Made by a program: the position numbers and the translations under genes
Assembly: GCA_963729895.1 (NCBI GenBank)
Contig: CAVSQB010000041.1
Coordinates: 1 to 25,696, forward strand
Length of the DNA: 25,696 bases
Direction: 5' to 3'
Source: an uncultured Fibrobacterota bacterium
Lineage (GTDB): Bacteria; Fibrobacterota; Chitinivibrionia; Chitinivibrionales; FEN-1185
The notes under the pieces: generated by a model
The model's input: only the letters and a program-made list of their open reading frames with translations
Told to the model about the DNA's origin: nothing
Databases searched by the model: none
Part shown: positions 16,594 to 25,696 of the stretch, piece by piece
Numbering within the stretch: position 1 is the stretch's first letter
How the letters are laid out: the number at the start of each line of letters is the position of its first letter

Positions 16594-19086
16594 ATGAACA
16601 ACAATAAAAACATTCTTCTCGAGCTCCGCGAAAACATCTTTGTTCGCCAAAGATCCTTGCCTCCGCTCGAAAAAGTACGGGCCTTCTCCGGCGAAATAGA
16701 CGCAATGCTTTCTTCGGCATACGCCGCGAACATGGAAAAGGACGGGCTCAACAGGCAGGTGTGCCTTGTTGCGCTCGGGGGGTATGGCCGCAGCGAACTG
16801 TGCCCCTATTCGGACATCGACCTCCTGATACTTCATTCCGCCAAGGCCGACAAGGAAGAGATTGCCGCGGCAGTCCGTTTCTTTTGGGACATGGGGCTCA
16901 CTCTCGGGTGCGTGGTCCGCAGCGAAACGGAATGCCGCAAAATATTGGGAGAGGATTTCGCCACCGACACCGCCTTGCTTCAGGCGCGGTTTATCGCGGG
17001 GAACAGGCGCTTGTTTCAACACCTTGAAGACGACATCGTCGGCCCTCATTTCGAAAGGACCAGGAACCATTTCCTCAATGAGATGCGCCAGGCGGTGCAC
17101 GGCGGAATTTTCTCCTCCGACAATACGCTGTACCGGACGGAACCCGATATCAAGAACGGCATATGCGCCTTGCGCGATTGCCAGCGCATCCTGTGGGCCG
17201 AACGGGTCGTGTGCGGATCGCGCACCCTTGCGGACCTTTACGAGGTTTCCCGCTACGCGCACGACGAAGTCGCCGCGTTTTCCAAGGCCTACGAATTTCT
17301 TGTTTCCATTCGTTCGGAGCTCCATCTGGCCTGCCGCAAGCGCATGGACGTTCTTGAAAGCGACCTTCAGCCCGTGGTCGCCCAAAACCTCGGCTTCGGC
17401 GATAACGGCGCCGGCGCTCTCATGGAATCCTTTTTCAAGACCGTGCGTACGGTAAAGTACTTTGCGATGTCGTTCCTGGAAAAACGGAATCCGTCACGGG
17501 GCCTGTGGGGGGCGCTCCGGTCCAGAATGAGCGCCGTTGAAGTCAAGAGCGGCATACTGCTTCTGGACGGGATTCTCTTCTTGCAAAGAAAGACCCTGCC
17601 GTCTTCCCCCCCGGATGCCCTGTGGATCGTGGATCTCTTCAGGCTTTCGCAGGCATACCAGGCCACCTTCGGCGTGGAACTGTTGAATTTCATTCGCACG
17701 GCCATGCAGTCCTTGTCGCCGCAGGATTTCCGGACGCCGGCCGTGGACGGTCTTTTTCTTTCAATCCTGTCCGGCGAAAAAGACGCGGGCCGCGTCCTGG
17801 GAGTCATGCACGAGACAGGGGTGCTTTCGGGCCTCGTACCGGCGTTCTCGTCACTCATATGTAAAGTTGAATACCAAAGCAATCACGAGTTCACCGTGGA
17901 CCAGCATATCCTTCTTTCCCTGCGGGGGTTCGACGAACTCGCAACCGACCCCGAGCCGCACATCAGGCGCATATTCACGGAGCTGTCCAACAGGCGCCTG
18001 CTCAGGCTTGCCACCCTGCTTCACGACATCGGCAAGGCAATGCCCGGCGACCACGTGAGCACCGGAACAATCATTGCCGAGGAGATGTGCGACCGGCTGG
18101 GGCTTTCGGCCGACGAAAAGCACCGCGTGTCGGTGCTGGTGTACAACCACCTCGAGCTTTCCACCCTCGCCTTCGGCAGGGAACTCGAAGGCCATCTTGT
18201 GGCCGAACTCGCCGACCGCGTGGAAGACAGGCAGAACCTCGACATGTTATACCTGCTCACCGTCCTTGACATCAGGTACGTGGGGTACAAGACCTGGACC
18301 GCCTGGCGCGCGCAGCTTCTGGAAGACGCGTACGAGCGCGTTGCGGCTGCGCTCGAAGACACACACAGTTTGGCCAAACCCGATCTTTCGTCGGACATCG
18401 GCATGAACTCGCCGTTTTACATGCTCGACACGATCCCGGAGGAGCGCGAAAAGCACGCGCTGTGGCTCCGCCGGCTTACCAAAGGCGAGTTCAAGATCGT
18501 TCTCGACACCTACGCGGGGTTCGACAGGCTCAGCGTGGTTTCGTTCGACCGGCTGGGCATCTTTGCGGACATCACGGGATGCATTTCGTCCGAAGGGTAC
18601 AGCATTCTTTCCGCCCGCGCCTATTCCGCGCCGTCGGGAAAAATCCTCGACATTTTCCACCTTGAACGGGACGGCGCCACGACCGTTTCGTCGGAGCGCA
18701 GGGTCGAACATATCAGCGGGAAATGGCGGCTCATCGAGAGCGGCGCGGCAACCGCGGAATCGCTCATCGCAGACCGCACGCGGCTGTATCCTCCGAAAAA
18801 GGGGCGCGGCATGCAGAAAGAACCCATCGTGCGCATCGACAATTCGCTGTCAAAAGAATTTACCGTGCTCGAAATAGAGGCGCAGGACCGGTTCGGGCTG
18901 CTGTTCCGGATCGCGCGCTGCCTGAGCAGCCTGGACCTCAATATCGTTTCGGCGCGGCTCTCGACCCGGGTCGACCGCGCCATCGACACTTTTTACGTAA
19001 ATGAAAACCAGGGTTCAAAAATTTTGGACGAAACGAGAATCGCGCGCATAACGACCGATTTGCTCGCGGCTATCTCCCGCGAATAA
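16594..19086 (+). CDS. glnD: [Protein-PII] uridylyltransferase/uridylyl-removing enzyme
   Basis: Nucleotidyltransferase motif ALGGYGRSELCPYSDIDLLIL, EPDIKNG..LRD, HD domain (HEFTVDQH, LLHDIGK), and two ACT domains (DRLGIF, DRFGLL). The exact start is uncertain. Confidence 0.93.
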   Translation: MNNNKNILLELRENIFVRQRSLPPLEKVRAFSGEIDAMLSSAYAANMEKDGLNRQVCLVALGGYGRSELCPYSDIDLLILHSAKADKEEIAAAVRFFWDMGLTLGCVVRSETECRKILGEDFATDTALLQARFIAGNRRLFQHLEDDIVGPHFERTRNHFLNEMRQAVHGGIFSSDNTLYRTEPDIKNGICALRDCQRILWAERVVCGSRTLADLYEVSRYAHDEVAAFSKAYEFLVSIRSELHLACRKRMDVLESDLQPVVAQNLGFGDNGAGALMESFFKTVRTVKYFAMSFLEKRNPSRGLWGALRSRMSAVEVKSGILLLDGILFLQRKTLPSSPPDALWIVDLFRLSQAYQATFGVELLNFIRTAMQSLSPQDFRTPAVDGLFLSILSGEKDAGRVLGVMHETGVLSGLVPAFSSLICKVEYQSNHEFTVDQHILLSLRGFDELATDPEPHIRRIFTELSNRRLLRLATLLHDIGKAMPGDHVSTGTIIAEEMCDRLGLSADEKHRVSVLVYNHLELSTLAFGRELEGHLVAELADRVEDRQNLDMLYLLTVLDIRYVGYKTWTAWRAQLLEDAYERVAAALEDTHSLAKPDLSSDIGMNSPFYMLDTIPEEREKHALWLRRLTKGEFKIVLDTYAGFDRLSVVSFDRLGIFADITGCISSEGYSILSARAYSAPSGKILDIFHLERDGATTVSSERRVEHISGKWRLIESGAATAESLIADRTRLYPPKKGRGMQKEPIVRIDNSLSKEFTVLEIEAQDRFGLLFRIARCLSSLDLNIVSARLSTRVDRAIDTFYVNENQGSKILDETRIARITTDLLAAISRE

Positions 19087-19108
19087 CTCATCGGACCCGC
19101 AGGGGACC

Positions 19109-19153
19109 GACACAAAATTGTATCACCTCGTTTCTTACGAACAATTTTGTTCG
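19109..19153. promoter_or_regulatory. Paired 16-bp palindromic sites upstream of glnA, putative enhancer binding sites
   Basis: GACACA-AAAT-TGTATC (19109-19124) and CGAACA-ATTT-TGTTCG (19138-19153), 29 bp apart, share the ACA-N4-TGT core seen at 14622-14667. Confidence 0.65.
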
Positions 19154-19228
19154 AAAAAAGCTGCAACATCTCGTGCAAATTCGTATTTTTTCACCTCGTT
19201 GTCCCTGAGATATTTTGTGCGGACGTTC

Positions 19229-19243
19229 TGGCATACGAGTTGC
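19229..19243 (+). promoter_or_regulatory. Sigma-54 (-24/-12) promoter for glnA
   Basis: TGGCAT-ACGAG-TTGC with exact spacing, about 80 bp upstream of the glnA start. Confidence 0.8.
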
Positions 19244-19322
19244 GTCATTACAACCGCTCCAAAGGAACCGGTACATTTCTTTTCAGCATACCCACATCCT
19301 AAACCTAAAAGGAGGCGCACAC

Positions 19323-20768
19323 ATGGGTAGTCCGAAAACGTCGAAAGACATCCTGGCGATGCTCAAATCGGAGAAAATCGAAGTGGTGGACTTCAGGTTC
19401 ATCGATTTTCTGGGAACGTGGCAGCATTTTGCCTATCCAACCACCGAAATTGACGACGATGCATTTGAAAAGGGTCTGGGATTCGACGCGTCCAGTATCC
19501 GCGGATGGCAGGCGATCAACGAATCGGACATGCTCATCAAGCCGATACCGGAGACCGCGTTTATCGATCCCTTCTTTGCCGCAAAGACCCTTGTCCTCAT
19601 CTGCGATATCCAGGACCCCGTCACGGGCAAAGACTATTCACGCGACCCGCGCAACATCGCCCGCAAGGCCGAGAAGTTTCTCAAGGCCTCCGGCATCGGC
19701 GACACAGCATTTTTTGGACCCGAAGCGGAATTTTTCATCTTCGATGACATTCGCTTTGGCCAGGCAACCAACTACGGTTTCTACTACATCGATTCCGACG
19801 AAGGTATTTGGAACAGCGGCCGCCAGGAATGCGTCGACGAATGCGGCGTTTCGCACAACACCGGATACAAAATCCGGCACAAGGAAGGCTACTTCCCTGT
19901 TCCGCCCGCGGATTCCCTGCAGGACATCCGCTCCGAAATGATGCTCACGCTTATCAAAATGGGCGTGCGTTGCGAAAAACAGCATCACGAAGTGGCAACC
20001 GCCGGACAATCCGAACTCGGCATCAGGTTCGCCCCGCTCGTGGAATGCGCCGACGCTTTGCTCAAATACAAGTACGGCATCAAGCAGGTCGCAAAGAAAT
20101 ACGGCAAGACCGTGACGTTCATGCCCAAACCTCTGTTCCAGGACAACGGAAGCGGCATGCACACGCACATTTCCATCTGGAAAGGCGGCAAGAACACGTT
20201 TGCAGGCGGCGAATATGCCGGATTGTCAAAGAACGCGCTCTACGCCATCGGCGGGATCATCAAACACGCCCCGTCTCTCCTGGCGTTCTGCACGCCGACA
20301 ACCAACAGCTTTCGCCGCCTGGTGCCGGGCTTCGAAGCACCGGTAAACCTCGCCTATTCGAGCCGAAACCGCAGCGCCGCGATCCGCATTCCCATGTACT
20401 CGGAATCGGCGAACGCCAAGCGGCTTGAGTTCCGCTGCCCGGACCCGACGTGCAATCCGTACCTGGCCTTCCCGGCCATGCTCATGGCCTGCATCGACGG
20501 CATCCAGAACAAGATCGACCCGGGCAAACCGCTCGACAAGGACATCTACGAACTGCCGCCGGAGGAACTCGCAAAGGTCCCGCACACGCCCGGCTCGCTC
20601 AAAGATGTACTGGCGTCACTGGAAAAAGACCACGAGTACCTGCTCAAGGGCGACGTGTTCACACAGGACGTCATTGACACATGGGTCGAATACAAGACCA
20701 AGAACGAGGTCAATCCTATGGCCCTTCGCCCGCATCCCTGGGAGTATCACCTGTACTTCGATGCTTGA
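19323..20768 (+). CDS. glnA: Glutamine synthetase type I (GSI-beta)
   Basis: AAGGAGG RBS before the ATG at 19323. Motifs are [65 protein letters not shown] and RLEFRCPD, plus the adenylylation site [11 protein letters not shown]. Confidence 0.98.
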   Translation: MGSPKTSKDILAMLKSEKIEVVDFRFIDFLGTWQHFAYPTTEIDDDAFEKGLGFDASSIRGWQAINESDMLIKPIPETAFIDPFFAAKTLVLICDIQDPVTGKDYSRDPRNIARKAEKFLKASGIGDTAFFGPEAEFFIFDDIRFGQATNYGFYYIDSDEGIWNSGRQECVDECGVSHNTGYKIRHKEGYFPVPPADSLQDIRSEMMLTLIKMGVRCEKQHHEVATAGQSELGIRFAPLVECADALLKYKYGIKQVAKKYGKTVTFMPKPLFQDNGSGMHTHISIWKGGKNTFAGGEYAGLSKNALYAIGGIIKHAPSLLAFCTPTTNSFRRLVPGFEAPVNLAYSSRNRSAAIRIPMYSESANAKRLEFRCPDPTCNPYLAFPAMLMACIDGIQNKIDPGKPLDKDIYELPPEELAKVPHTPGSLKDVLASLEKDHEYLLKGDVFTQDVIDTWVEYKTKNEVNPMALRPHPWEYHLYFDA

Positions 20769-20797
20769 TAATTACCAGGCATCAGGCTCTTATTAGT

Positions 20798-20832
20798 AAA
20801 GAGGCTCCAGCCGCAAGGCTGGGGCCTCTTTT
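20798..20832 (+). terminator. Intrinsic terminator after glnA
   Basis: AAAGAGGCTCCAGCC-GCAA-GGCTGGGGCCTCTTTT, a GNRA-loop hairpin with a T run. Confidence 0.88.
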
Positions 20833-21059
20833 GCTCTGTTTGCCGTCAGAGATATCAGGATAATAAATGGAAATTACAATTTTGGTTTGCTGAGCCGGTG
20901 CGGCGTGGATGTACCCGTTGCAAACCCGATCCTTCTGTTGCGCGCACCGTACCGGCACCCGGTTAACAACATCCAATTCAAATAAAGTGCCCCTGGTTTT
21001 CCGGCCGCAGCTGCGCCACTGATGGAAAAACCTAAAACACCTCTACGTTCTTGTTTCTT

Positions 21060-21197
21060 GCGTTAGGCACGACCGTAAGGTGCTAAGGAGAGCAGTGCCG
21101 GTCGGCCCCGCCGAAGGCCATAGGGGCGATCCGGCACCGAGGCTGAAAAGCCGAGCCAGGAGGGAGGGCCGACCCGAGCGTGGCGAGGGAAACGCCC
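21060..21197 (-). ncRNA. Structured RNA-like repeat, copy A (resembles Acido-Lenti-1/Flavo-1-type motifs)
   Basis: Minus strand GGGCGTTTCCCTCGCCACGCTCGGGTCGGCC...CGGTCGTGCCTAACGC, with a closing GCGTT/AACGC helix and several hairpins. It is homologous to 25151-25354. The family name is from recall and needs an Rfam check. Confidence 0.55.
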
Positions 21198-21273
21198 ACT
21201 TCTTACTCTTGATTTCCGGGTGCCAAATGGCCAAGGATTGGATTCTCGTAAATAAACTAACTTTGGGGTCACC

Positions 21274-21328
21274 CGGCTCAGCCATCCAATAGCACTAATT
21301 TATTATGCTCTTCGGCTCAGCCATCCAA
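21274..21328. repeat. Two exact 16-bp direct repeats, CGGCTCAGCCATCCAA
   Basis: Copies at 21274-21289 and 21313-21328 are separated by a 23-bp AT-rich spacer. Confidence 0.85.
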
Positions 21329-21477
21329 ATGCATTCAAATTTTATCAAGGTATTACTGCGCTGCGGTGAATTTTGTGCTTGCGCCGTAAAACGGCGGAAA
21401 ATTGATTTATAAGCAGACCTCAAAGAATCTATGGATTTCCAAGCGCGGTACCGTGACAGGCATGGAGCAATTGTGAT

Positions 21478-23836
21478 ATGAATAAACAAACAGATCAACG
21501 GCCCTCAAACAGTGGTTACGCAGGCGATGGTTCGTCTCCGGCATCCGGCGATGACAGCCGGACAAAATACGAGCAGCTTTTCAACAACCTCAATGATGCG
21601 GCATCTTTGTTCGAGATGAAAGAAGACGGGCTGCCCGGCCGATACCTCGAAGTGAACGACACCCTGTGCCGCTGGCTCGACTACACCCGCGAAGAGCTGC
21701 TCGCCCTTTCGCCGCTTGACATAAGCGAACAGACGGACGACGCGGTCAACAGGGACATAGCCGTTTCCTTTGCGCGGAACCGGCACTTGGTGATCGAACG
21801 GACGCTTGTCGCCAAAAACGGGAGAAAAATCCCCGTTGAAGTGAATTTTCATTGTATCACCTACGAAGGAAAAGAAACTGCCCTCTCGATTTCCAGGGAC
21901 ATTTCCGAGCGGAGAGCCGCCGAAGCGGCCCTGCGCGAAAGCGAGGAGGAATTCAGGACGACAATCGAACAGTGCCTCGAAGGCGTTTCGATAATTGACG
22001 AAAACGGAATCGTACTCGTATGGAACCGGGCGCTCGAATCCATTACCGGGGTTTCCGCCGGCGCCGCGATAGGCAGGCCGCTGTGGAACGTGCAGGAGAT
22101 GATGAGACTGCCCGGAGAGCGGACTGCGGACCGGCTCGAAAAGTCCAAAGCGAACGTTCTCCACGCCCTTCAGCATGCCGATTCGTCATTTACGGGGAGA
22201 CTCCACGAAGCCCTTATTTATAAACCGGACGGCACGCCGGTCAATATCCAGCAGACCATTTTCCCCATCAAGACCGGCCTCGGGATGAGGCTCGGAAGCG
22301 TGCTTCGCGATATGACCCTGCAAAAGAAAGCGCAGCAGGCGCTTGCGCGAAGCGAGGAATTGTATCGCGCACTCGTGGAGACAACGGGCACCGCTTACGT
22401 CGTCATCGACGATTCGGGCTCGGTTCTGGACGCAAATGCAGATTTCCGGTCACGCAGCGTTGGAAGAGGTACGGGGGAGAACCGTTCTCGAATGGACCTC
22501 CGAGGCCGACAAAGAGAAAAACAGAAAGGCGATTGCGCAATGCGTGCGCGACGGACGGATCGATGGCTTCGAGGTGCAGTACGTTGACAAAACAGGCAAG
22601 ACAACCCCGATCGAACTTACCGCAACCGTGGTCAAAACCGGCGCAACGTCGCAAATCCTCACGCTGTGCCGCGACATATCCAACAAAAAGAGAATCGAAG
22701 AAAACCTGAACAAGGCCGACAAGATCGAGTCTCTCGGCATCCTTGCAGGCGGCATCGCCCACGATTTCAACAACCTGCTCACCGGCATTTTCGGCTACAT
22801 CGACATTGCGCGGCTGTACAATTCTTCAGGCGCGGCCGACAGGGTGTCGGTGAACCTGTCCAAGGCGCTTGACGTCTTCAACCGGGCGCGCGGCCTCACG
22901 CAGCAGTTGCTCACGTTTTCAAAAGGCGGCAGCCCGGTAAAGAAAATAACGGCGCTCCCCCCCGTGCTCTCCAGCGCAACCCAATTCGTGCTCAGCGGTT
23001 CCACGGTAAACGCGCGCTTCGGTTTTGCCGACGACCTGTGGCCGTGCGAGGTCGACGAAAACCAACTGGGCCAGGTAATCGACAACATCGTCATCAACGC
23101 CCGCCAGGCCATGCCCACCGGGGGCACGGTGATTGTCATGGCAGAGAACATTCCCCCCGGTCAACCCGTTCCCGCTCCGCTTGCCCCGGGCCCGTATGTC
23201 CGGATCTCAATCCGCGACTTCGGTATCGGCATTGCAAAAGAGCACCTGCCGCATGTCTTCGACCCGTTCTTCACCACCAAACAGGAAGGAAGCGGGCTCG
23301 GCCTCGCCACCGCCTATTCCATCATCAAAAAACACGGGGGCTTTATCGAAGCCGAATCGGAGCTCGGGAATGGCGCCACCATCCATATCTATCTGCCTGC
23401 AACACCTTCCGCCGCCGCGGAAACGCCGGCCGCCGGGATAAAAAAGCACCGCGGACACGGCACGGTTCTTGTCATGGACGACGAGGATTTCGTGAGGGAC
23501 GTTGCCGCGGAATTACTCAAAACCATGGGGTATTCGGCGGCGTTTGCGACAAACGGGAAAGACGCGCTGGAGAAATACGCCGAGACCTTTGCCTCGCCTT
23601 CGCCGTTTCGGGCCGTCATTCTCGACCTGACCCTTCCGGGAGGCATGGGCGGAAAGGAAACGCTCGCGGAATTGCTGAAGATTGATCCCGCCATCGTTGC
23701 CATCGCAGCCAGCGGCTATTCAAACGATCCCGTCATGACCGACCCTGCCGCGTTCGGGTTCAAGGGGAAAATCAGGAAGCCATTTACAAAAGAAGAACTC
23801 GCCGAGGTGCTGGAGAGCGCGATGAAAGACGCGTAG
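21478..23836 (+). pseudogene. Hybrid sensor histidine kinase (3xPAS-HisKA-HATPase-REC) with a frameshift at ~22441 in the third PAS domain
   Basis: ORF 21478-22587 encodes two PAS/PAC domains and the start of a third (..VLDANA). The other frame resumes at 22442 with ISGHAALEEVRG.., then the H-box GGIAHDFNNLL, N-box NARQAM, DFGIGI, FFTTK, GSGLGL and the receiver (VMDDE, ILDLTLP, KPF). Assembly error is possible. Confidence 0.85.
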
Positions 23837-23898
23837 AAAGACGGTCCTGCCGCGAACAAAAGGCCACCTCGGTTTAACGCTCACATCGATACGCCCCC

Positions 23899-23931
23899 GT
23901 CTCGATACATCCACAGAGCGGATTACTCGAC
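23899..23931. repeat. REP-like element GTCTCGATACA-hairpin-TACTCGAC
   Basis: GTCTCGATAC-ATCC-ACAGAGC-GGAT-TACTCGAC. The same family occurs at 25234-25294. Confidence 0.7.
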
Positions 23932-24063
23932 GAACGGGCTTCTCGGTGAGCGGAAATAGAGAGACGAGCGATTGTTGCCGACAACTCCCCAACTCTCCCC
24001 CCGCGAAACCCGGCATCTCTTATTTTCTTCACTCCCTTCACGAAACACAACAAAGGAGTTTCT

Positions 24064-25134
24064 TTGAAAATCGGACTTATTGGCCTTCCCAAGTCGGGCA
24101 AGACCACCATCTTCAACGCGCTGTCGAAATCGCAGGCCGAGGTTTCCGCGTACGCAAGCGCCAAAACCGAACCCAATATCGCGATTGTCGACGTGTGTGA
24201 CGAGCGTGTTACGAAGCTTTCCCGCATGTACAACCCGAAGAAAACCGTGTACGCCGCAATCGAACTCGTGGATTTTGTGGGCGTTGCCAGGGACGAAACG
24301 AAAAAGGAAGAGCTGTTCGCTCCGGACCTCATGCGCCTTGTCAAGACTATGGACAGCCTGGCCGTCGTGCTGCGCAACTTCCCTTCCGATGCGGCCGCGG
24401 CGGCGGATCCCGGCGCGGAACTCGGCACGATAGAAGAGGAACTGCTCCTCAGCGACCAGATCATTGCGGAAAACCGGATCGCGCGGATCGCCGCTTCGGC
24501 CAAAGGCGGGAAGACCGCCGCGCTTGCCGCAGAGGAAAAACTCCTCCAGAAAATCCTTGAGCGGCTGAACGCGATGCAGCCGATCCGGACGCTCGAATTT
24601 TCGGCCGACGAGAAGAAGATGCTCCGCGGGTTTCAGTTCCTCACCCAGAAGCCGCTCTTCCTCATTCTCAATTCCAGCGAAGACCGGTTCAAGAAAGACC
24701 CCGGCCTTGCGGAACGTCTTGCCGCGCGGTACAAGGCTATCGAATGTTCAGGCAGCTTCGAAATGGAACTGTCGCGCCTCGCCGACGAGAACGAAATCAA
24801 GGCGTTCATGGACGACATGAACATCAAGGAATCGGCGCGCGACCGGCTCACGCTCGTCGCGTACGAAACCCTCGGTTTCATCAGCTTCTTTACGGTCGGG
24901 GAAGACGAGGTTCGCGCGTGGGAGCTTCTGCGCGGATCGACCGCGGTGGACGCCGCGGCCGCGATCCACACCGACCTGGCGCGCGGCTTCATCCGCGCCG
25001 AGTGCTTTTCCTACGACGATCTTGTCGCATGCGCATCGGAAAAGGCGGTCAAGGACGCGGGAAAGTTCCAGATGGAGGGAAAAGAGTATGTTGTCAAGGA
25101 TGGGGATGTATTGTCGATTCGTTTCAATGTCTAA
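24064..25134 (+). CDS. ychF: YchF/Ola1-family P-loop ATPase (Obg superfamily) with a C-terminal TGS-like domain
   Basis: AAGGAG RBS and TTG start. Motifs are GLIGLPKSGKTTIFNAL, EPNIAIVDV.DER, FLTQKP, FFTVGEDEVRAW, IHTDLARGFIRAE and EGKEYVVKDGDV. Confidence 0.9.
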   Translation: MKIGLIGLPKSGKTTIFNALSKSQAEVSAYASAKTEPNIAIVDVCDERVTKLSRMYNPKKTVYAAIELVDFVGVARDETKKEELFAPDLMRLVKTMDSLAVVLRNFPSDAAAAADPGAELGTIEEELLLSDQIIAENRIARIAASAKGGKTAALAAEEKLLQKILERLNAMQPIRTLEFSADEKKMLRGFQFLTQKPLFLILNSSEDRFKKDPGLAERLAARYKAIECSGSFEMELSRLADENEIKAFMDDMNIKESARDRLTLVAYETLGFISFFTVGEDEVRAWELLRGSTAVDAAAAIHTDLARGFIRAECFSYDDLVACASEKAVKDAGKFQMEGKEYVVKDGDVLSIRFNV

Positions 25135-25150
25135 AATTCTAAGAGGATTT

Positions 25151-25354
25151 GGGCGTTCCCCTCGCTTTGCTCGGGTCGGCCGTCCTTCCGGTCTCGGCCT
25201 CAGGCCTCGGGCTGCCTGTCCCTATGCCGCTGTGTCTCGATATACCGCTCCCCGAGTGTCCCGCAGGGATGTATCGAGGGGAGCGGCACTCGACAATCAG
25301 CGGCGGGATCAGGCAGCACCGCGCTCCGGCGCGGCCTCCAGTCCTGCCTAACGC
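25151..25354 (+). ncRNA. Structured RNA-like repeat, copy B, with nested REP insertions
   Basis: GGGCGTTCCCCTCGCTTTGCTCGGGTCGGCC...CCAGTCCTGCCTAACGC. It is an inverted homolog of 21060-21197 with about 65 extra bases in one hairpin loop. Confidence 0.55.
25234..25294. repeat. Nested REP-like elements (outer 25234-25294, inner inverted copy 25250-25281)
   Basis: The outer element is GTCTCGATATA-CCGCT...AGCGG-CACTCGAC. The inner element, read as reverse complement, is CCCCTCGATAC-ATCCC-TGC-GGGAC-ACTCGGGG. Confidence 0.75.
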
Positions 25355-25442
25355 CAAGCCACACTCTCATAAATCAACCTTCCCAAGCGTGTTCCGCAGA
25401 CCGTTTTCCGGCTTCGCCGCATAAATTGCTCTTCATGTTTAG

Positions 25443-25696
25443 CAGGGTGTTGAAAAAGTCTCCCTTTTGTAAACATTTATCCTTATATTATAGGGGAACC
25501 CCAACCAAGGAGTATTGATGAGAGGTTCCCAGCCAGCCCAAGGCGGTATGTTCAGCTTCGTTTCTCCGGATTCCCGAGTGCCGGCAACGCACCCGCTTCG
25601 TCGTGTCAAACAGTTTACGGACATAGCGCTGCGCCGCCTTTCTCGTGACTTTGAGGCGATGTACAGCCGGATGGGACGCCCTTCGATACCGCCGGA
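25443..25696 (+). mobile_element. IS5-family insertion sequence, left end (runs off the window)
   Basis: Terminal sequence CAGGGTGTTGAAAAAGTC, preceded by TTAG (a YTAR-type target) and followed by a transposase start. Confidence 0.8.
25518..25696 (+). CDS. IS5-family transposase, N-terminus (DUF772-like), partial
   Basis: AAGGAG RBS then MRGSQPAQGGMFSFVSPDSRVPATHPLRRVKQFTDIALRRLSRDFEAMYSRMGRPSIPP. The VP..HPLR and Y...GRPSIPP motifs are characteristic. It is absent from the ORF track because it is truncated. Confidence 0.88.
   Translation, partial: MRGSQPAQGGMFSFVSPDSRVPATHPLRRVKQFTDIALRRLSRDFEAMYSRMGRPSIPP

Noticed and set aside
21060..21069. GTTAGGC/GCCTAAC ends as integron attC sites
   Set aside because: The core motifs are in the opposite order to attC (RYYYAAC...GTTRRRY), and there is no cassette array or integrase.
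21274..21328. Mini CRISPR array or dif site
   Set aside because: There are only two 16-bp repeats and no cas genes. The spacer has 5 rather than 6 bp between the TAA and TTATG arms and lacks a XerD-arm match.

Overview
This is a GC-rich bacterial window. The secreted proteins carry T9SS-tail-like domains and a GLAKxA linker, which suggests Fibrobacterota (Chitinivibrionales/Chitinispirillaceae-like); that assignment is an inference. From left to right: (1) an AT-rich ABC-three-component (Lamassu-type) middle-component gene cut by a 1,198-bp IS3-family element that has no target duplication and a nonsense codon in orfA; (2) a GH30 hydrolase, an SDR, a CE6/SASA-like esterase and a two-domain lipoprotein; (3) a ~1.3-kb integrase-free insert, bracketed by a 58-bp direct repeat of the gltD 3' end, carrying one frameshifted secreted FN3/T9SS-tail gene; (4) a nitrogen-assimilation cluster, gltDB <- -> amtB-glnK-glnD-glnA, with three sigma-54 promoters, paired ACA-N4-TGT palindromes unlike the enteric NtrC site, and a long structured gltB leader; (5) a frameshifted PAS3-HisKA-HATPase-REC hybrid kinase and a YchF-family ATPase, flanked by two inverted copies of a structured RNA-like repeat, one containing nested REP-like palindromes; (6) the left end of an IS5-family element. 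The strongest leads are the gltD-end cassette, the sigma-54 regulon with its enhancer motif, and the nested repeats.
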